Positions 1 to 11,121 of a stretch of DNA of 64,000 nucleotides are shown piece after piece (position 1 is the stretch's first letter; every line of letters begins with the position of its first letter). Location: the NCBI GenBank assembly GCA_964016885.1, contig OZ024745.1, forward strand, positions 130,138,001 through 130,202,000, read 5' to 3'. The notes beneath the pieces were generated by a model. That model did not search any database. It saw only the letters and a program-made list of their open reading frames with translations, and was not told the DNA's origin. This stretch comes from Eledone cirrhosa (taxonomy: Eukaryota). The position numbers and the translations under genes were made by a program.

Positions 1-60
1 ATTTCTGGACTAAATTAGAATTTTTAGCGTGGTGAAATTTAGCATGCTAAAATTTCTAAT

Positions 61-200
61 TTAGTCCAGAAATAGCCGTCGAAACGGCTTGAGCTCTGCC
101 GTAGGGGTCAAACATTTTCCTATTACCCACTCTACTACCCTAAGTATTGAGTACTCTGGTGCGTTATGGTCCATCTGGTTCCTTATTACTCTTCCTTCGT
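61..200 (+). repeat. Interspersed repeat family D (GTCGAAAC..GAGCTC..CCGT / TATTACCCACTCTACTACCC)
   Basis: Matches copies at 1028-1115, 4474-4650, 35701-35760, 38815-38991 (inverted) and 63731-63800. Confidence 0.75.
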
Positions 201-418
201 TATATATATATAAATATATATATTTAAAAAAATATATATATATATATGCAGAGGTTATATTTAGTTTGTTGGGAATCAACAAGCTTAAAAATGTGTATAA
301 CTGATATAAAGCACTCAACAAGTAAGTGAAGTAAATATAGAATATATTAATAAATGGAGAAATAAAAATAAAATAAAATAATTATGGTTTTATAAATATA
401 GTTTCCATTTATTAATAT

Positions 419-453
<35 letters not shown>

Positions 454-498
454 AAATAATTATGGTTTTATAAATATAGTTTCCATTTATTAATATAT

Positions 499-536
<38 letters not shown>

Positions 537-597
537 TATGTATTTTTGAAAATAGCATATATTTTCACTAGCTCTGACAGTTTGGCAGGGAAACAGT

Positions 598-647
598 GAG
601 CTGTACTGATGAAGGGTGATACCCAGAAACATTAGTGTCTGCAGTTC
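598..647 (+). ncRNA. Type I minimal hammerhead ribozyme (Penelope/retrozyme-type)
   Basis: Stem I GAGCTGTA/TGCAGTTC, core CTGATGA, stem II GGGT-GAT-ACCC, GAAAC, stem III AC-ATTAGT-GT, cleavage triplet GTC. Confidence 0.8.
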
Positions 648-768
648 TGTTCACATGCCAACATAAGAGAAAGAATGAAGCGTTCATTCTACTGACATGG
701 CTATAAAATTGAGGCTTGTTTGCATAATTGCAAACGTATCGAATGTTATTATTAATATTTGAAAAACT

Positions 769-955
769 TGATGGCTTAGGGGTTAGAGCGTCAGGCTCAT
801 AATCGTGTGGTTGTGAGTTCGATTCCCAGACCGGTCTTTGAGTTGTGTTCTTGAGGAAGACACTTTATTTCATGTTACTCCAGTTCACTCAGCTTTAGAA
901 AAGAGTTGCGACGTCAATGGTGTCAAGATGTATCTGCCTTTGCCTTTACCTTAGA
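769..955 (+). mobile_element. tRNA-derived SINE (family B)
   Basis: A-box-like TGGCTTAGGGG, B-box GTTCGATTCC, followed by the typical SINE body GTGTTCTTGAGGAAGACACTTTATTTCA; related copy at 46520-46760 (-). Confidence 0.7.
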
Positions 956-1150
956 CAGGGGAACTTACCTTAGGGGAACTTACCTTAGATAAGGGGAACT
1001 TATATATATACATATATGAAAAGTTCGGAATCACGACGGCTGAGCTCCTGCCGTTTCAACAGCTACCCCAAGTATCGAGTACTCTCGTGAGTAATGGTCT
1101 AACTGGTTTTTATCTCTTCCATTCACATTAATATATAAAACCATATTTAT

Positions 1151-1397
1151 GTACGCTCTCATCAGATGAAATACAAAATTTGTTTTATAAATGGTGACAT
1201 ATCCAAGAAACCAGACCTTATCAGTTCAGGTTCATATTGAAGCTGAACCTATAAGGTCTGGTTTCTTGGGTATGTTACTATTTATAAAACAAATTTTGTA
1301 TTTTACCTGATGAGTGCGTACCAAAATTTTGGTACCCCTGAAATGTATATAATAGAATAAAAATGGTTTTATAAATATAGTTTCCATTTATTAATAT
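1151..1397 (+). mobile_element. Fold-back Penelope-like terminal remnant with decayed hammerhead (1301-1357)
   Basis: Inverted arms 1151-1229 / 1243-1321; CTGATGA-[GTACC AAAATTTT GGTAC]-GAAA...ATA; AATAAA at 1356; tail sequence also present at 373-423 and 451-501. Confidence 0.55.
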
Positions 1398-1531
1398 CAT
1401 TGATATTATACTCACGGAAAAAAACCTTTAGAGTGCTTCGAATCTGTTATAAATAAATTTGTTGAATAACCACAAATTGAATATCTCTTTGCTTATATGT
1501 TTATATATATATATATATGCTTATATATATG

Positions 1532-1619
<88 letters not shown>

Positions 1620-1740
1620 AATCTTGATTTTAATGTCAGAAAACTGAACCAAAACTTACACAACATTTAGTATTCCTATTTTTTTTTTTAGAGAATAAGC
1701 ACCTCACGAATGTCATCAGGGCGAAAACAAATACTTCAAA

Positions 1741-1870
1741 TAATTGTTTCTACTTTTAGCACCAGGCCAGCAACTACCCCAGTGCCTTACTGGTACTTTA
1801 TTTTATCGACCCCGTAAGGATGAAAGGGAGAGCTAACCACGGTGGTATTTGAACTCAGAACGTAAATAAC
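1741..1870 (-). mobile_element. tRNA-derived SINE family A, 3' part
   Basis: Reverse complement of the 7574-7766 copy (GGGGTCGATAAAATAAAGTACCAGT...GCTGGCC...AGTAGAAACAATTA). Confidence 0.75.
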
Positions 1871-3159
1871 CATAACTAACAGATCAAATATGCTGTATAG
1901 GTAATGTAGAATTCTAGAAAATATTTCCAAGCGTCTAATAATGTTAATAATTTCACAGAGTAATAGGATAAATTTAAGTATATATTGGATCGTCAAGTAT
2001 GAAATTTGTAGAAATTTGTAGAAAAATAACAAATCTCTACACATTCCATACTTGACAACCCAATATTTCGGCCTGTTTCGACATCAACAGTGATGTATAA
2101 TTTCATAATGAATCTTTTATTAAGTGTTATATCTGCCGTAAATATATTACTGTTAATTTAGATTACTCTATTCCAATTGAATTGAGTCTTTGAGTCAATT
2201 CTTCTGTAAACAATGTTCTCTTTTCTTCGATGCGCGTCTCCCTTGCCGTCCTCTGAGGAAACGCTTCCATTCTTTCTGCTGGGGCTGTGGGGAGACCACC
2301 AATATGATTGACTGACTTGTCATTTTATCAGTCAGATGTTCTCATCATTCTATATAAGGACCTTTGGATAATCTCATACATTTAACTCCGTGAATATCCT
2401 TCAAGTATAATGAGGTATGAGGTGTATGAGGGGGACAAACCAACATTTGTTGATTCTTAAAGGAGCATGTTAGTATTGCTTAAGGTGCCTTTCCCGGACC
2501 CTATCACATAAGTAAAATGTTACGTCAATTGTATTTTATATATTCAAATGAACTTCAGATATAAAAATGAGCTTAAACAAATTTAATATATCAAATAAAC
2601 GAAAAATGAAACATAGACGTTTGAAAAAGCGGGGGGGGGGGACTTTCCCCTGGTACCCCCCTGAAACAAGACCCTTGGGTGTATGTATCGAGGATGAGTT
2701 CATAAAGCTTCCGTGGTACTGTCTTCTCTAGTAACAAATTTAATAAACTATCCATGTTCATTAAGTGCCATTGCTAACTTATATACCACTTAATTATTGC
2801 TAGTTAGTTTGTAAATACTCACTGTGTTACAAGCTATCATTTAATTGGATATACATGCGTATATATGCAGGTGACTGAATTTTAATTTCTATGAGTGTAT
2901 TGGTAATTTTGCATCGATAAGATTCATTTAAAATTCGTAATCTAAATGCTTAATTAGAACGTCATTCTGTCTACAAACTATTATTGATTTTTTATGTTAT
3001 TCCATAGCTGATACAGTAGAGAAGCAAACCAGCTTATGTTAACAACTAAAATTCTACTAACTTCCCCGATGATAATTATTTGTCCTTTACTAAGCTCACT
3101 TTAATTCCCTCCTGTTTTTTTTGTTTATTTTTTTTATTTTGCATGTTAGACATCAATAC

Positions 3160-3411
3160 TCCTCAGAATTGAGAAATCACAGCTCCGATACTATGGGCAT
3201 GTGGTTAGAATGTCTCAGGAAAGAATCACTGGACAGAATTTCCGGACAAACCCCGAGCAAGATAGTTGGATAACATCCAAGTGCTTGGCTCGTCTCACTT
3301 AGGGATCCAGCCGGATCAGTTGGAGACGGTTGCTTCTGACAGGACCTGCTAGAAGTAATAACCCTCTTAGGAATAAGTGAAAGAAGAAGAAGAAGAAGAA
3401 GAAGAAGAAGA
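3160..3411 (+). mobile_element. RTE-clade LINE 3' fragment with (GAA)n tail
   Basis: Translates RIEKSQLRYYGHVVRMSQERI (RTE C-terminal RLRWxGHVxRM motif); ends in (GAA)n; same family at 56290-56440 (-). Confidence 0.7.
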
Positions 3412-4473
3412 GATAGTATTTCTTATTAACAAATATCTTGTTGGGAGCACAATATGTTTCACTTCATGTTTCTTAGTCTTAAAGGTTCACATTTGTTGAG
3501 TTTCATTTTTGTACGTTATTTATTATATCTGCCAGAAAGTATAAGAATGTAGCATATGTATTGAAGGAACATTTAATTTTCTCATTTCTAATTAGACTTT
3601 AAGAAGCCCTAGAGCCTGTCAATGTGTATATTGGAATTATAGAATATTTGGAGTATACTTAAACTTAAACTAAAATATGTTTGACCAAATACTAGCATGG
3701 GTTTCTTTTAATACGTAGTCATTTCCATCTAAAATACATAAATAATAATTGATAGTGCGGACATATTGATCAAATGGATTATGAGATTAACCTTATACAT
3801 GCAATTTTACACGAAATTGTTGATTTCCCTTTGCTCAACTTGCTTTAATTTCTAAACGTTAATGTTACATATATACCCAGTTATATCTATGGTTATAGAT
3901 CTGTGATCATGACGATGTGTCAAATATGTTCTTCTTAAATAGGGGGCTTTGCAGTTTAGTCCTGTATTTTTGTCCGGATTGAACAAGGGCATTTTCTTCG
4001 CCTTCACCTAACAAACTTTTTGTACATCTCGAAATAATTTATATAAAGTATTATTCCTGATTTATGAGGAAAGTTTGTGATTTAAAGGATAGTTCAGCTA
4101 TTTAAACAAGGTGGATGATTGTGTAGAAGCCGTGCAGTTAATTAATGGTTTCTGATTTACGCACTATGCCAAACATTTTGGAGGGAGAAGTCGATTAAAT
4201 CGAGTCTGGTTAATGGTCCTATATTTTAAGGCAGAGTTAATCTCAACGGTCGAAATTTGAAAACTGCAAATTGTTTCTTTATGTAATCGGTTGTAACATG
4301 TTAACTCAGGGAAACAATCGGTCAGCTCTAAAGCTCGGATATAAATAAATAATTATACAATCTACATTTAAAATGTATTTAGTTCTTCAATGAAATACAA
4401 TCGTTGTCACCATTTGATTGAGAATATCATATATACAAACACACACATACGTAAATATATATATACATATAAA

Positions 4474-4650
4474 GATTCAGTCCCCGGACGGCTGAGCTCC
4501 AGCCGTTTCGACAGCTAGAGCCCGAACTAGATCTAGCTGTCGAAACAGTCGGGGCTCAGCCGTCGGGGTACTGAATCCTTTCATATTACTCACTCTACTA
4601 CCCCACGTATCGAGTACTCTGGTGGGCTATGGTCTACCTGGTTTATACCA
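4474..4650 (+). repeat. Family D copy with ~50-bp-arm hairpin (4474-4577)
   Basis: GATTCAGT...ACAGCTAGA / TCTAGCTGT...ACTGAATC inverted arms followed by the family D tail. Confidence 0.75.
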
Positions 4651-5149
4651 CACCCTATCTTATATATATATACATATATATATATATATTTATATATGTC
4701 TGTGTGTGTGAGAGAGAGTTTATATGTGTGTGTGTGCGTGTGTCTGTGCATGTGTGAGGGGCACGTGGGGTTGTATAATAGCACATCGTATTGTTAGAAA
4801 TATCATAACTCTGTAACAATCTCACACGTGTGTAAGGAATGTTATAATCGAAGGAATTGATGCACCATTCAATTATTACTCACTTACTTGTACTTGTAGC
4901 GACCTTTACCCGAGCTGGGTTGAGCCAGCTCCATCGAAGAAATTCACGGTGTATGTTCATTTCAATGCAGTTTCCTCGGATGATTTCTCTCACAAGTGGT
5001 GTCCAGCTGCAAGTATATGTACATTATCATAGTGCAATCCATGCATTGCATTGGTTATAGTAATGAGCTCTCACTTTCATACCCAACCCAATTTGGTGGG
5101 GCCAATGCCGTGACAGGGACGCATGGGAGGGCGTTTTGCTAAAAGTAGA

Positions 5150-5490
5150 TATAAACACAAGCTATTTGAGCCATTCTGTAGGCCAACAGGAGCTCACCCA
5201 GCTCAGGGATAACGACCCTCGGAACCGGTGATAAACTCAATCTATTTGAGCTATTTTGTAGGCCAACAGGAGCTCACACCACTGCCCATCTCAAGCATAC
5301 CGACCCTCGGCACTGGTGATAAACACAGCCTATTTGAACTATTTTGTAGGCTAGCAGGAGCACATCCCACTGCTCAGCACAGTAATACCAGCCCGCGGCA
5401 CTAAATACAACATAGTTGAGCTCTCTTGTAGGGCAGCAAGGGCTCACGCCACTGCCTAGTTCAGGCCTACCATCCCTTGGCACCAATCTA
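5150..5490. repeat. Diverged minisatellite, ~4 units of 80-90 bp
   Basis: Recurrent ATAAACAC..CTATTTGAGCTATTTTGTAGGCCAACAGGAGCTCAC..GACCCTCGGCAC. Confidence 0.7.
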
Positions 5491-5764
5491 TTATCGGTGC
5501 GTAACTTAAGATATGATACATTTATTTACATCTTCGCTCATTTTTGAACAGTTTAAGATATGACCACAACTAAATGTTTTATTTCTGTTCTATAAGACTG
5601 TATAGGAACACAATCATATTTCTTAGTTAACACTAGGAACTCTCTTATATTCAACCCCATGCGATGAAATACCAATAATGGTTGGCAAATCACTGACGGA
5701 GGACTATTTTTATCATATGTAACCTATGTGCAAACCACGCAGTATCCTTCTTTCTTCTCATGTT

Positions 5765-5853
<89 letters not shown>

Positions 5854-6399
5854 CAGTATTACATGCAGTCATATAATGTAATCATGTTTATATATCAATA
5901 TCTTCATATGTTGTGATGTCAGAGTCATTACTAAATCGGTGCTGCTGTCTTTAATATGTTCAAACATTTCTATATATTCAATATTTGAATTTCAGCAAAA
6001 GAATTCCACTAAATGAAATTTGTTGATTTCGGAGTGTCTGCTATTAGAAAACACTATTGTTGAAAACTTTGCTGATGCGCAATGCTGACGCCAAATATTT
6101 TTGAAGCTACTTCTTCATTCATTACGCCTGCGCCTCCTATTTCACTATAGATTCGTCAACAATTTCCATTGTGTCTGACTGATAACATTGCATACAGCAT
6201 ACTACATATACAGCAGTAGCTGCTATGTTAGTTATTGCAAGCTTCTATGGCAATGTTATTGAGACTGCTGATGAATGGTTCTTCACATTGCAGTTAATAA
6301 TGTTGTTTCGCTGATTGGGAAGCCAACGAAATATGTTGTTTTTAACCATACTTTTCATTTCTGTTTTGATGTTGACGAGTCTTACGATGCCTACTACGT

Positions 6400-6711
6400 T
6401 GGCGGCTGATGATGATGATGATGAGGAGGTGGAGAAGGGAAGGGGTGTGTTGATGATGATGATGATGATGATAATGATGATGGTAAAAGATAATGATGAT
6501 ATTGATAATGAATATTACGATGATGATGAAAATAATGATGGCGATGACGATGATGATGATGGCGATGGTGATGATGGCGATGGTGATGGCGACGGTGATG
6601 ATGGCGACAGTGATGATGGCGACAGTGATGATGGCGATGATGATGGCGATGATGATATTGCTACCATTTATAGTAGCTCTACTATAGTTTACTACATTGC
6701 TAATTTTGTGT

Positions 6712-6780
<69 letters not shown>

Positions 6781-6806
6781 ATAGTAGTAGTAGTAGTAGT
6801 AGTAGT

Positions 6807-6869
<63 letters not shown>

Positions 6870-6874
6870 CAGTA

Positions 6875-6919
<45 letters not shown>

Positions 6920-7029
6920 AAGCAGCAGTAGTATTAATAGTTTCAGAAGTAGTAATCTAGTAGTAGTAGCAGCAACAGAAACAGTAGTGGTAATAGTAGT
7001 AATAGCTAGCTGTAGCTGCAATAGTAATC

Positions 7030-7064
<35 letters not shown>

Positions 7065-7115
7065 ATATTACTAGTAGTCGTAGTAGTAGTAGCAGCAGTA
7101 GCTTTATTAGTAATA

Positions 7116-7172
<57 letters not shown>

Positions 7173-7307
7173 CAATAGCAGCAACAGAAGCATTAGTAGT
7201 AGTAGCAGCAGTAGTCGTAATACTTCCATAGTAGCATCATCATTAGTAGTAGTAGTAATAGCAGCAGCAGCAGCAACAGTAGTAGTAGTAGTAGTAATAG
7301 CACCAGC

Positions 7308-7356
<49 letters not shown>

Positions 7357-7410
7357 ATCTGGCAGTAACAGTAGCAGCAGTAGTAATAGCAGTAACAGCA
7401 GGAGCGGCAG
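6400..7410. repeat. Compound trinucleotide microsatellite (GAT)n then (TAG)n/(CAG)n
   Basis: Directly visible; explains the poly-D/S/V/M ORFs. Confidence 0.95.
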
Positions 7411-7571
7411 GAGGGGGTAATGGAAGAGTTTGTCCCTTTTCTGTGTTATTGTTTCATAAATTTTAATCAGTGAAGAAATTACTAAAAGAGTTGAATTTAT
7501 TGAGCTTTAGTAATGAGAGCTATTGTAGCTCTTCTGTAACATTACACTATATATTATTACCATATGGAATT

Positions 7572-7766
7572 AGGGCGGTGGATTGGCAGTATCGGTAGAG
7601 GGTAGGACGTCATGCTTTGACGCATAGAGTTACGGCCCTTGCTATTCTGAGTTTAAATCCTGCCGAGGTTAACTTTGCCTTTCATCCTTACGGGGTCGAT
7701 AAAATAAAGTACCAGTAATGTACTGGGTTATTGCTGGCCTTGTGCCAAAAGTAGAAACAATTATTA
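7572..7766 (+). mobile_element. tRNA-derived SINE family A, full length
   Basis: A-box region GGTGGATTGGCAGTATCGGTAGAG, B-box-like GAGTTTAAATCC, conserved body and ATTATTA tail; several other copies in the window. Confidence 0.8.
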
Positions 7767-7902
7767 CCATTTGTAAGTATAGCAGCTGATAGTTGTATAG
7801 TACAATGTTGTATAATATAATATGTGTAGATTACAAGTTTCATTCAGTAATTAGAATTATATGTGGAAGGCTTGGTTTTCAGTAATTCTTTATTTTTCTG
7901 TA

Positions 7903-8065
7903 GGCGGCAAATAGCGCAGAGTTGTTACAACTTCGGATAAAATGCTTTGTAGAATTCGTTTCGACTCTCTGAGTTCAAATTGGACCGAGGTCAACTTTGC
8001 ATTTCATCTATTCAAAATCGGTAAAAAAATTACCATGTATTTATCAACTACTGGGATTGATTCAA
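7903..8065 (+). mobile_element. Diverged SINE family A relative
   Basis: CTGAGTTCAAATTGGACCGAGGTCAACTTTGCATTTCATC matches the family A core. Confidence 0.6.
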
Positions 8066-8480
8066 CCTCTATATCTCTTTCTCACTTCAATTCCTTCACC
8101 GTCTCTCTCAGTTCTTCCCCAGAAGAAATCTACTGTGTTCAAACGTGGATAAGAGATGGGCCGCGCTTGCTTTAAAAATGCACTATAAAAAACCGTATGT
8201 CATTACGACGCCGCTCGACTCCATCAGGAGTTTACATGACCATACATTCACGCATGTGTGTATTTTTATGTATGTTATTTACTTTCTCAGTTACTAGTAC
8301 TATCATATATCGCTGTCTATTAGAACAGTATTGTAAGTTAATAGCTAGTAACCCTGCTTTATGTTGATATTATTTTAATTAACAAATCTACAACTTATTC
8401 CATGAAACATATATTTTTATATTAACTACTTCAGGCTTTAAATTTTATATGCTGTATTTGGTGATTTCATTTGGCACATA

Positions 8481-9092
8481 TTGGAGCAAGGGTGTCTTCT
8501 GCTCGACTTGTTAACATTACGGTTCTTTTGCCCCATTGGAGCAAGGGTATCTTCTGCTGGACTTGTTAACATTATGGTTCTTTTGCCCCATTGGAGCAAG
8601 GGTATCTTCTGCTGGACTTGTTAACATTATGGTTCTTTTGCCCCATTGGAGCAAGGGTATCTTCTGCTGGACTTGTTAACATTATGGTTCTTTTTTGCCC
8701 CATTGGAGCAAGGGTATCTTCTGCTGGACTTGTTAACATTATGGTTCTTTTGCCCCATTGGAGCAAGGGTATCTTCTGCTGGACTTGTTAACATTATGGT
8801 TCTTTTGCCCCATTGGAGCAAGGGTATCTTCTGATGGACTTGTTAACATTATGGTTCTTTTTTGCCCCATTGGAGCAAGGGTATCTTCTGCTGGACTTGT
8901 TAACATTATGGTTCTTTTTTGCCCCATTGGAGCAAGGGTGTCTTCTGCTGGACTTGTTAACATTATGGTTCTTTTGCCCCATTGGAACAAGGGTGTCTTC
9001 TGCTGGACTTGTTAACATTATGGTTCTTTTGCCCCATTGGAGCAAGGGTGTCTTCTGCTGGACTTGTTAACATTATGGTTCTTTTGCCCCAT
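8481..9092. repeat. Minisatellite, 11 x 55-57 bp
   Basis: Unit TTGGAGCAAGGGTATCTTCTGCTGGACTTGTTAACATTATGGTTCTTTTGCCCCA; near-identical units, no spacers. Confidence 0.95.
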
Positions 9093-9364
9093 ACCAAGAG
9101 AAGCCGAGATCATCATAACAATTTTAGAGGCAAATATGATTGTATTTAGTTATTTAGTTTACACTTCTCACACATATATACATATGTGTGTGTATATCCG
9201 TATGTGTGTGGTGTGTGTGTGTGTGTGTATATGTATATATCCGTATGTGTGTGGTGTGTGTGTGTATATATATATATATGTGTATGTATGCATGTATATG
9301 CAAGTACATGTATATATGTATATATATGTATATATATAATATATATATATATATTTATATATAT

Positions 9365-9424
<60 letters not shown>

Positions 9425-9892
9425 TACATACATATATACATATACTTGCATATACATGCATACATACACATATATATATGTACACATGGATATATATATA
9501 CATACACACACATGACCTCTGCTGATTATCGATTCGAACCGTGACCATCCCCACTGAAAGTTTCGTGAAATAGTCTTTAAGACTCTACAGAGCATTGTAG
9601 TTTTTCCAAATTGAAGGATGAGTATTTTAAACTTTATTTTATTCTGAGTTAAGGCTATATCGATGTTTCAATGGATTTCACCAAATTCTGTGGATGAATC
9701 TATATCCTGATTCTTTTTGAATTGAGTTTGAATTATTTTCCCACATCTTACGTTAACTATTTTTCCATTTTGACGTTATTGTCACTAATATATTATGGAA
9801 TACTGTTGGCTTCTTGCTACAATAATTTCTATACTTTTCATTTATATATATATATAAATATATATACAAATATATATATTTATATTTATATA

Positions 9893-9992
<100 letters not shown>

Positions 9993-10631
9993 TATATATG
10001 TGTGTGTGTATTTATGTGTATGTAAGCAGTCTCGCTCTATATTTAATGCCGTCATTTCTTTTCTTCCGTTATGTTGTTTTTTTCCTTCTCTGTATGGTGT
10101 AACACTGGTCCCAGATGTTGAAAGATTTATATGTATCACTATAGTTATTGCATATCTCATACAGCAGCTGTAGCATGCTGCTTATCATTGCTGCAGCTGC
10201 TATTCCACCCGGGGTATCTGTTGTGGATGCAACCAGTTAATTGCATCCAGCTTCAGTGAGAAACTTATATATTGATATCAGTTATGAAGCTGATTCTTCG
10301 AAATCTAATATTTACCAGAGTAACTGGACCAGATGTGACTTCTCCATACGTTTGTATTTTTAGGTGCATGTCTACATGATTGCATATGCGCTCATCAATA
10401 TTTGGTACACAAATGCGCTTTTGTGTGAGGAATTCATTTATAATTATGTGTCATAGACGTATGCCTGTATGCTTGTGTATGCTGCGTGAGTGTTGCCATT
10501 TCTATAGATGTGAATAATATTTTTCTTTAGCCTGGAATTACTTTTATTGTACAAACTTATGATGATGGCTATCACTTTTTTATGAGGTATGATGTAACTC
10601 GGAATTTAGCATCAAATTTCCTGTACACAGA

Positions 10632-10675
<44 letters not shown>

Positions 10676-10988
10676 TGTGTGTTTGTGTGTGTGTATAAGG
10701 GAAATTTGTTGTGTTAATGACAATTCCTATATATGTACTAATGGTTGCTAGACACTGCGACTTAATACGGGATGTTTGTTTACAAACACACCGAGCATTA
10801 TAATAAATGTTCGGTGAATCCATACGTACATATATATATATGTGTGCATGTATGTATATATATATACATACTACTGTACGTCTGTATACATATATGTATG
10901 TACGTGTACATACTTATATTTAAGTAACAGCCGTACTAAGAGTGGGAAATGAAATTTCGTTTCATTTTTTCCGTTTATATATATATAT

Positions 10989-11021
<33 letters not shown>

Positions 11022-11070
11022 GAAAGATGAAAATGCCAAGTTGAAGATGCTAGAGTCCTTTATTATTTGA

Positions 11071-11121
11071 GCCGTTATATATATTTCAATGACGATAAAC
11101 ATCGTGATCTCTTCAGAGAGC
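11071..11121 (-). ncRNA. Type I hammerhead ribozyme motif
   Basis: Minus strand: GCTCT-CTGAAGA-GATCACGAT GTTT ATCGTCATT-GAAA-TATAT-ATA-ACGGC; one stem I mismatch; AATAAA just downstream. Confidence 0.6.

Noticed and set aside
2062-2340. Decayed hammerhead (CTGTTGA...GAAATATT) with upstream coding-like stretch on the minus strand
   Set aside because: Core mutated, stems weak, peptide not recognisable.
8481-9092. CRISPR-like array
   Set aside because: Units are contiguous with no unique spacers, there are no cas genes, and the context is eukaryotic.
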